A stretch of DNA of 64,000 nt from an uncultured Aliarcobacter sp. (GTDB lineage Bacteria; Campylobacterota; Campylobacteria; Campylobacterales; Arcobacteraceae), in assembly GCA_963677435.1 (NCBI GenBank), contig OY781945.1, positions 1,120,001 to 1,184,000 of the forward strand, given 5' to 3'. The notes below the pieces were generated by a model, which was not told where the DNA came from, did no database searches, and saw nothing but the letters and a program-made list of their open reading frames with translations. Each line of letters begins with the position of its first letter. Within the stretch, counting starts at the first letter, position 1. This document shows, piece by piece, positions 20,488 to 26,964 of the stretch. Made by a program: the position numbers and the translations under genes.

Positions 20488-20508
20488 TGTGATACTAAGT
20501 GTGATACT
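20488..20508 (+). repeat. Tandem TGTGATACT pair, putative integrase arm site
   Basis: TGTGATACT at 20488 and 20500, ~90 bp inside the right att repeat. Confidence 0.45.
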
Positions 20509-20587
20509 GATTAAAGAAAGTCCCCACTTTTTAGGGATATTCATTTTAATTTGGAAGACATCTATCCACGGTAGAAAGGTGAGTTTT

Positions 20588-21073
20588 ATGGGCATTAAGA
20601 AAGCATATTTCGCAGCGGGTTGTTTTTGGGGAGTTGAATATCATTTCGAAAAATTAAATGGAGTGATATCAGCTATTTCTGGTTATATGGGTGGACATAT
20701 TGCTAATCCAGATTATTATATGGTTTGTTCTGGTGCTACTGGACACTTAGAAGTTGTGGAAGTCTCTTATGATGATAGTGTTGTTTGTTTTGAAGAGTTA
20801 GCTAAACTATTTTTTGAAATACATGATTTTACACAAACAAATGGACAAGGTCCAGATATTGGAAGTCAATATTTATCAGCAATATTTTATCTGGATGAAG
20901 AACAAAAAACTATAAGTGAAAAATTGATATTAGAGTTAGAAAACAGAGGTTTTAAAGTAGTTACTTCGTTATATAAATTAGTACCTTTTTATGAAGCGGA
21001 AGATTATCATCAAGATTACTATGAAAGACATCATAAGATGCCTTATTGTCATAGTTATAGAAAAATATTTTAA
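20588..21073 (+). CDS. msrA: Peptide-methionine (S)-S-oxide reductase with island-supplied start
   Basis: AAGCFWG, GHLEVV, QGPDIGSQY, AEDYHQDY; ATG 20588 after AAAGGTGAG. Confidence 0.95.
   Translation: MGIKKAYFAAGCFWGVEYHFEKLNGVISAISGYMGGHIANPDYYMVCSGATGHLEVVEVSYDDSVVCFEELAKLFFEIHDFTQTNGQGPDIGSQYLSAIFYLDEEQKTISEKLILELENRGFKVVTSLYKLVPFYEAEDYHQDYYERHHKMPYCHSYRKIF
20600..20627 (+). repeat. Right att-like direct repeat of the msrA island
   Basis: Identical to 14135-14162. Confidence 0.92.
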
Positions 21074-21408
21074 ATAGCACCTAGAACATAATAAATATGT
21101 TTATCATCTAGTTTTTGAAGTTTTACATTATATTTATCTGCCCAATGTAAAACTTCTTGATGAAACTCTTCTAATATTTCATCAGAATCATTTTCATCAC
21201 ATTTTATTTTTAAATGATTTGATTTATTTGATAGTCCAACATAAGCATTCATTTTTTTAAGATGATCATTTAGCGTAAAAATGTGTTTTGCAAATTTATC
21301 AAAATTTGTTGTCGATTCCATAATTTTTTCTGCTTGTTTTATTGAAGCTTCACTTTTTGAATACCCTAATTGAGATAATATTACTTCTGAAGATACATTT
21401 AATTGCAT
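21070..21408 (-). CDS. Hypothetical protein
   Basis: 112-aa ORF with AAGGA RBS; function not recognised. Confidence 0.7.
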   Translation of the reverse strand: MQLNVSSEVILSQLGYSKSEASIKQAEKIMESTTNFDKFAKHIFTLNDHLKKMNAYVGLSNKSNHLKIKCDENDSDEILEEFHQEVLHWADKYNVKLQKLDDKHIYYVLGAI

Positions 21409-21582
21409 TTTAATCCTTTTAATTAATTATTATATATGTTATCAAAATTATTTTGAATAATAAATAAAAATATATATTTGTCTAAGTGCTAGTTGTATAA
21501 ATTATATTCAGTTACAAATAATATATGAATTTAAAAAATAGCTATGTTATAATCCTAGAAAATTTTAATACAAAGGTGAAAT

Positions 21583-21897
21583 ATGTCAGTTTTATTAGAA
21601 ATGTCAATGTTTCCAACAGATAAGAGTGAAAGTAAAAGTAAAGAAGTAGCTGAAGTTATAAAAATTATAAGGGATAGTGGTGTAACTTATCAATTAACAT
21701 CAATGGCAACTATTATTGAAACAAATACAATGTCAGAAGCTTTATCTTTGGCTGAAAAGTGTTATTCAAAATTAGAAGAGTTAGGTTGTAATAGAGTATA
21801 TGCTACTTTGAAATTTGATATTAGAGTAGGGCACGATAATAGATTAAAAACTAAAATAGAATCTGTTGAAAAACATATTGGTGAAGTTTCAAAATAA
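21583..21897 (+). CDS. MTH1187/YkoF-family thiamine-binding protein
   Basis: SMFP, YQLTSMATIIE, RVYATLKFD, KIESVE. Confidence 0.85.
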   Translation: MSVLLEMSMFPTDKSESKSKEVAEVIKIIRDSGVTYQLTSMATIIETNTMSEALSLAEKCYSKLEELGCNRVYATLKFDIRVGHDNRLKTKIESVEKHIGEVSK

Positions 21898-21947
21898 ATT
21901 TAGATTAATTTCTAAATTTATTTTTAGATATTTGAATATCTTTTTAC

Positions 21948-22535
21948 TTAATTATTAAATAAAGATTGTGTTGTATCTTTATCATTACATTCATCTAAAG
22001 CTTTTAGTTTGAAAGTAAATCTATGCTCATCACTTCTTCCAAATTTTTTTATTGCATCAACATGGGCTTTTGTTCCATAACCTTTATGTTTAGAAAAATT
22101 ATAATTTGAATATTTTTCACTAATATCGCACATATATTTATCTCGTGAAACTTTTGCTAGGATTGAAGCTGCACTAACTTGTGGCACAGTTGCATCTGCT
22201 TTTATTTTACAATTAAGATTTTTTATTGCAAATGTAGTATTTCCATCCATCAAAAACTCATTACAATCATTTTTTAAATTATCCATTATTTCAATGATAG
22301 AGTTTTTTAAACACACACTAAGACCTAACTCATCAATAGTTTTAGCACTAGTAAATACAATATGATAATTTGATTTATCTTTTATTTGAGAAAAGAGTGC
22401 TTCTCTCTTTTTTTCACTTAAAACTTTTGAGTCATTTAATCCAACAATTTCTTCTTTTAAAACTACACCAGCTACAACTAAAGGACCAGCTAATGGACCT
22501 CTTCCTGCTTCATCAATACCACATAGTTTTAACAT
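21948..22535 (-). CDS. rnhB: Ribonuclease HII with element-supplied start
   Basis: GIDEAGRGPLAG, DSK, DGN, AASILAKVSRD, HKGYGT. Confidence 0.96.
   Translation of the reverse strand: MLKLCGIDEAGRGPLAGPLVVAGVVLKEEIVGLNDSKVLSEKKREALFSQIKDKSNYHIVFTSAKTIDELGLSVCLKNSIIEIMDNLKNDCNEFLMDGNTTFAIKNLNCKIKADATVPQVSAASILAKVSRDKYMCDISEKYSNYNFSKHKGYGTKAHVDAIKKFGRSDEHRFTFKLKALDECNDKDTTQSLFNN
22505..22525 (+). repeat. att core in reconstituted rnhB
   Basis: 20/21 match to 26805-26825. Confidence 0.9.
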
Positions 22536-22641
22536 ATTTCTTAAACTCCTAAAAAGTTAAATCAAGTTCGATTAATAAGGACTTTATCAAACTTTATATA
22601 AAATTCAAGTTAAAGCATATTTAATCAACTTTTTACTTCTT

Positions 22642-22666
22642 TAGGTAGAAATAGAGTAGAAATGAA
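22642..22666 (+). repeat. Putative integrase arm-type site, left end
   Basis: TAGGTAGAAATAGAGTAGAAATGAA, 24/25 match to 26697-26721; contains tandem GTAGAAAT. Confidence 0.75.
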
Positions 22667-22735
22667 AACGCTTAAATATTGAATCTTTATTTTTGAAAGT
22701 ATAACTAAAATTTTATAAATGGATAAGGCTTTAAA

Positions 22736-23839
22736 ATGGCTATGATTAAAACAAAAAAAACTGGTGTTTATTATAATGAAACAGATGATAAGGACAAAGT
22801 TTATTATTTTACTTACAATGATATAACAGATAATAAAAAGAAGAAATGGATAAAAGTAGGTAAACATTCAGAGGGTATAAGAGAGATAAACGCTTTTAAT
22901 CTTAGGAATGAACAAATATCAAAAATGAGAAATGGGGAAGATATTACAGTCATAGCTATTAAGAAGAAAAAAGAATTAATAACTCTTGATACTTTAGCTG
23001 ATAGATATTTTGAGGATAGAAAATCAACAAATGAAAGAAAACAAAAATATACTAATCATATAAAGCCACTCATAGGAAATAAACAAATAGAAAATATTAC
23101 AAAGGTAGATATAAAAAAAGTTGTTGATAGTGTTATAGATTTAGGGCGTTCAAATGGAACAGCAAACAGCGTTTTATCTTTAATATCAACAATAATAAAT
23201 CATAGTATTAAACACCACGATTTTACAAAAGCGAATCCTTGCATAGGGGTTTCAAAACTCAAAGATGATAATAAAAGAGAAAGATTTTTAACAACTGATG
23301 AAATAAAAAAACTCAAAGATGAGGTAAAAGAAAACTTTTTTGTAAATCTATTTGTAGAATTTGCATTATGTACGGGTGGAAGATTAGAAACGATTTTACA
23401 CATTCAAAAAAAAGATATTGATTTAGTAAATAAAACTGTAAACCTCAACAATCTAAAAACTAAAAAAAGATATATGGGCTTTTTGCAAGATGATTTAATA
23501 TCAATATTAAGTGAATATTTACCCTTATTAAATGCGAATGATTATGTAGTTACACAAAAGGGCTTACAAGAAAAAAAAGCAGAATTTAAACAGATACATA
23601 GAAGATTAAAACCCATATTAGATAGGTTATTTAACAAAGGGCTTAAAGATGATGATACAATCAACAGAACTGTAATACATACCCTAAGACATAGTTTTGC
23701 TTCACACCTTGCAATAAATGGAACTCCAATATTTACTATTCAAAAACTGATGAATCATAGCGACATAAAGCAAACTTTGAGATATGCAAAATTAGCCCCT
23801 GATAGTGGTAAAATCAATGTACAAGGATTATATAAATGA
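22736..23839 (+). CDS. Tyrosine recombinase/integrase
   Basis: Catalytic set TGGR, LKTK, HTLRH, LMNHS, RYAK; N-terminal arm-binding-like region. Confidence 0.95.
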   Translation: MAMIKTKKTGVYYNETDDKDKVYYFTYNDITDNKKKKWIKVGKHSEGIREINAFNLRNEQISKMRNGEDITVIAIKKKKELITLDTLADRYFEDRKSTNERKQKYTNHIKPLIGNKQIENITKVDIKKVVDSVIDLGRSNGTANSVLSLISTIINHSIKHHDFTKANPCIGVSKLKDDNKRERFLTTDEIKKLKDEVKENFFVNLFVEFALCTGGRLETILHIQKKDIDLVNKTVNLNNLKTKKRYMGFLQDDLISILSEYLPLLNANDYVVTQKGLQEKKAEFKQIHRRLKPILDRLFNKGLKDDDTINRTVIHTLRHSFASHLAINGTPIFTIQKLMNHSDIKQTLRYAKLAPDSGKINVQGLYK

Positions 23840-24336
23840 AATCAAGAGATGAGCAAATAAAAGAAAAAATAGAATCTTATATAAATCAATTAAGATATAA
23901 ATTACCTGAAAAAGATATTAATTATTTAATAGAACAATCGCCTAAACTATTCACTCTAAAAACTATTGATGATAAAAATATAATGTTCTCATTTTTTGAA
24001 TATCTAACAGAATATTATAAAAATAGTGTGTCTTTTATGTATAAAATATTAGCTGAAAAGACAACTACAAATAAAAGAGATAAAAAAGAAAATGCAATAA
24101 AAGGAGCTAATGCAATTATTGATTATTTGGGTGGTATATATTCAAATAATGAAAATACAAGAGAATTAAAATTAATGTTAAGAGATTTTATGGGAAATCC
24201 TGAAAAATATAAAAATAAAACTATTACTCATACAATAACAAAAGATGATTTAAGAAGTGAATTAAGAAAAATCATTCCTAATAAATCAACTGAAATAGAT
24301 GAGTTTATAAAAGGATTAGAAAAATTTCAAATTTAA
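23836..24336 (+). CDS. Hypothetical protein, translationally coupled to the integrase
   Basis: ATGA overlap with the integrase stop; 166 aa. Confidence 0.7.
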   Translation: MKSRDEQIKEKIESYINQLRYKLPEKDINYLIEQSPKLFTLKTIDDKNIMFSFFEYLTEYYKNSVSFMYKILAEKTTTNKRDKKENAIKGANAIIDYLGGIYSNNENTRELKLMLRDFMGNPEKYKNKTITHTITKDDLRSELRKIIPNKSTEIDEFIKGLEKFQI

Positions 24337-24402
24337 TTTTTAGTACAAAAAAAATAACAGCCCTTATAATAATACTTTGAGCTTTCAATGTAGAAAAATC
24401 GA

Positions 24403-24500
24403 CATTTAGCCCTCAAAAATAATCATTTAGCCCTTAAATAAATTCAAATAAACTTCTATCAGTTGCAACCAAGTTCACAAATTTAAAACAAAGTGAACTT
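24403..24500. promoter_or_regulatory. Direct repeats plus inverted repeat upstream of the HTH gene
   Basis: CATTTAGCCCT at 24403 and 24424 (21-bp period); AAGTTCAC-N14-GTGAACTT at 24471-24500. Confidence 0.5.
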
Positions 24501-24555
24501 TTAAATCTTAAGCTTAAGTCCTTTTATCGGTGGGTAATTGATAGAAAGATTTATT

Positions 24556-24807
24556 ATGAAACTTTTAACAGATGAACAAAAAGAATTATATAGTTTATTG
24601 TTCAAAGAATATAAAAAAGTACAGTTGAGCCAAAAAGAGGCTTCAAAAATTTTAGGTGTTTCAATCGCTACATTATATAGATTAAGGGAATCAGGTGTCG
24701 GAATTAGCTATAAAAAGTTAGATAGTTTAGGTAAAAACGGCACGATAGTTTATCCACTCCAAGAGATAGTTAGATATTTGACTGAATCAAATATTAAAAC
24801 GGCTTAA
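24556..24807 (+). CDS. AlpA/excisionase-like HTH protein
   Basis: LSQKEASKILGVSIATLYRLRESG...IVYPLQEI pattern. Confidence 0.8.
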   Translation: MKLLTDEQKELYSLLFKEYKKVQLSQKEASKILGVSIATLYRLRESGVGISYKKLDSLGKNGTIVYPLQEIVRYLTESNIKTA

Positions 24808-24817
24808 GGGGTTAAAA

Positions 24818-25081
24818 ATGGATAACTTCTTAAAAAAACAACTTTATGTATGGACTTATGAAAAAATAAAATCTAATCCTAAGAAATTTGGAGGGGATTT
24901 TTCAAACTCTTTAATTATGTATGAATATCTAAAAGATTTTTATAATGATTTTACAGTTTATGAATTAGAACCTCAATTAATGAGTATATTATCAACAATA
25001 TCAAGGATTAAAAATAAGTTACTTGAAAAGAATCCTCATTTTGATTTTAGAGTTAAATATAAAGCTAAAAAGAGGGGTTAA
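24818..25081 (+). CDS. Hypothetical protein
   Basis: 87 aa with AAGGGG RBS. Confidence 0.65.
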   Translation: MDNFLKKQLYVWTYEKIKSNPKKFGGDFSNSLIMYEYLKDFYNDFTVYELEPQLMSILSTISRIKNKLLEKNPHFDFRVKYKAKKRG

Positions 25082-25159
25082 GCTTCAAAAAAATACCCCT
25101 TATTAAGTAATATCAAGTTAAATCATATTACTATGAATAAATATAACAGAAATAGCATA

Positions 25160-25181
25160 AAGCCCCTATATCGTGGGGCTT
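25160..25181. other. GC-rich hairpin upstream of the Rep-like gene (candidate nick site/origin)
   Basis: AAGCCCC-TATATCGT-GGGGCTT, extendable by CATA/TATG; no long T-run follows. Confidence 0.45.
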
Positions 25182-25241
25182 ATGTTAGTATTGAAATAAC
25201 ACTTTAAGAATAGGAGTTCTTAATATGAGAGTAATTATACA

Positions 25242-25913
25242 ATGAATACACTTCAAGAATTAGAGAACTTTATTAATGAATTTAATCAAAATAATAATGA
25301 AGATTTTTCAATAGATACAGTAAGGATAGATTTTAGTAAACAGCATAAAAAAGAAAATTTGGAACAGTTGGGAAGTTGGAAAAAGATAAATAAGAATGAT
25401 AAAAAAATAATGGCTAAACTCAAAAAGAGATTAACACTTGATGAGGTTACAAGTGCGTATCAATTAGAAAATTATAATATCTACTATTACAACAGCAACA
25501 AGGACAAACCAAAATATAGAATCGCTACAATGGTTATATTTGGATTAAAACAGTATCACAAAGAGCCACCACCTCAAAATATAGTTACGAAAATATTATC
25601 TATCCTCAAAGATATAACTAATATAGATTTATGTTTTGATATGAAGCAAAAACCAAACTTAGAGAGATTGAAAAAGAATTTTGAATTAAAAAGATATTTT
25701 GATAAAAAAATAAGAGTTTATACAGATACTTATTATATCAATGATACAAATATTTTAATGATAGATAAAATCACTATTTACAACAAGGCTATTAAAAACA
25801 ATTTAGAGGGTATCTTATACAGAATTGAAGCGACTATTTCAATTCCTAATATAAAATATTTAGCTTTACCACTTTATGAGTTTAAACAAATTACAGATTT
25901 AGCAAAAAGGTAA
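25242..25913 (+). CDS. Putative divergent Rep_trans/MOBT-like initiator or relaxase
   Basis: Ordered motifs SIDTVRI, ITNIDLCFD, TYYI, ITIYNK, YRIE parallel the Rep_trans xIDxL, RxDxAxD, TxYxG, IYxK, RxE motifs. Confidence 0.55.
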   Translation: MNTLQELENFINEFNQNNNEDFSIDTVRIDFSKQHKKENLEQLGSWKKINKNDKKIMAKLKKRLTLDEVTSAYQLENYNIYYYNSNKDKPKYRIATMVIFGLKQYHKEPPPQNIVTKILSILKDITNIDLCFDMKQKPNLERLKKNFELKRYFDKKIRVYTDTYYINDTNILMIDKITIYNKAIKNNLEGILYRIEATISIPNIKYLALPLYEFKQITDLAKR

Positions 25914-25916
25914 TAA

Positions 25917-26039
25917 ATGACTAAGCAACAAGTAGAACAAAAGATAAAAGAGATAATTTTAAAAGATGATAGATTTAAAAATGCAACTATTGAAATTAAA
26001 TTCAAACAAAAGAAGATTAAGAAAAAAGAAAACTCATAG
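25917..26039 (+). CDS. Small basic 40-aa ORF
   Basis: MTKQQVEQKIKEIILKDDRFKNATIEIKFKQKKIKKKENS, starting 3 nt after the Rep-like stop, AAAGG RBS. Confidence 0.45.
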   Translation: MTKQQVEQKIKEIILKDDRFKNATIEIKFKQKKIKKKENS

Positions 26040-26696
26040 CCTTAGAGTTCAATCTCTTTGGTTATTGATACCCAAGGGGTGTTTAGAATATCTACAATAA
26101 TTAAAAGTAAAAATATCTGTGCTTTAATCTAACACATAGGGAGCATATACCTGTAAACTACACCTGTAAACTCAACACTATAAAAACATAGTATTTAACC
26201 ATCTACAAATTAGCATAAAATCAGTATTAAACACTAATAAAACATAGCATTTATTAGATTTAGTTTACATCTTTGAAGCTTCACAAATTTGTAAATAGTA
26301 AATATTCATAATATGGAAAAAATCATATTATAAATTGAAATGGACAAAATAGACACTTTAAAAGATACGCTCAAATTTGAGCTGAACTAATTTATATTTA
26401 TGACCTAAGTAGTAATGACCCCATAAGCTAAATTTTATTATTTCAAATATTTAAGTATTTCCACACTCTAACGATTTGTTATATCGGTATTAATCACTCA
26501 TAATTGAAGCACAAAGCAAAAAGAAGTTTTATTCATTTTCTTATGGATTAGATTATATTTTGAAGATTTGAAAGAGTATATCAATTTTAAAGGGTATCAT
26601 TTAAAATGAAATGGTAGCAACTGGAACAAAAAGAAGATTAAAAAGTTTATTTTCAAAATGATAAAAAGTAGGTAGAAAATATCAAAAATTGATATA

Positions 26697-26721
26697 TAGG
26701 TAGAAATAGGGTAGAAATGAA
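26697..26721 (+). repeat. Putative integrase arm-type site, right end
   Basis: TAGGTAGAAATAGGGTAGAAATGAA, plus an extra TAGGTAGAAA at 26669. Confidence 0.75.
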
Positions 26722-26790
26722 CTTAAATAATAAAGCTTAAAGAAGTATATAAATCCCTTTTTATAGTACTTATATGGATATTTAGAATAA

Positions 26791-26829
26791 TTAAAGGAAT
26801 AAATCTGCTTCATCAATTCCACATAACAT
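26791..26829 (-). pseudogene. rnhB: Displaced native 5' end of rnhB (contains att core 26805-26825)
   Basis: Reverse strand reads MLCGIDEADLFL*, with AAGGA RBS and TATAAT upstream. Confidence 0.85.
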
Positions 26830-26902
26830 ATAAAATAAGTCCTTTTAATATTATAATAATTTAGTATATAATATCTATTATAAATTTATTATGTGAAATT
26901 AA

Positions 26903-26932
26903 CTTGACAAACATTGACTCAAGTGCTATAAT
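26903..26932 (+). promoter_or_regulatory. clpB sigma70-type promoter overlapped by a HAIR (HspR) operator
   Basis: TTGACA(26904)-17 bp-TATAAT(26927) with extended TG; CTTGACA-N7-ACTCAAG at 26903-26923 versus HAIR CTTGAGT-N7-ACTCAAG. Confidence 0.8.
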
Positions 26933-26935
26933 TTG

Positions 26936-26962
26936 TTAGCAGTTAAAACAAAGGAGTGCTAA
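26936..26962 (+). promoter_or_regulatory. CIRCE (HrcA) operator overlapping the clpB RBS
   Basis: TTAGCAGTT-N9-GAGTGCTAA versus consensus TTAGCACTC-N9-GAGTGCTAA. Confidence 0.8.
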
Positions 26963-26964
26963 TA

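Larger units (their letters stand above)
14135..20627. mobile_element. Decayed integrative island in the msrA 5' end carrying a duplicated MBOAT/SGNH-like cassette
   Basis: 28-bp flanking direct repeat within the msrA coding start; long AT-rich non-coding stretches; integrase/Rep-like relics. Confidence 0.85.
22505..26825. mobile_element. ~4.3 kb integrase-bearing element inserted in the rnhB 5' end
   Basis: Flanking repeat CTGCTTCATCAAT(A/T)CCACATA at 22505-22525 and 26805-26825; intact integrase; internal arm-like repeats near both ends. Confidence 0.92.

Noticed and set aside
20489..20587. 33-aa N-terminal extension of MsrA in the track
   Set aside because: Runs through the island end repeats; RBS and homology favour ATG 20588
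22139..22152. Partial parS-like sequence (…CTCGTGAAAC) in rnhB
   Set aside because: Only one half matches the GTTTCACGTGAAAC palindrome; explained by codons
25917..26080. Small ORF plus hairpin as a type I toxin-antitoxin locus
   Set aside because: The peptide is hydrophilic and basic with no TM segment; no antisense promoter evident
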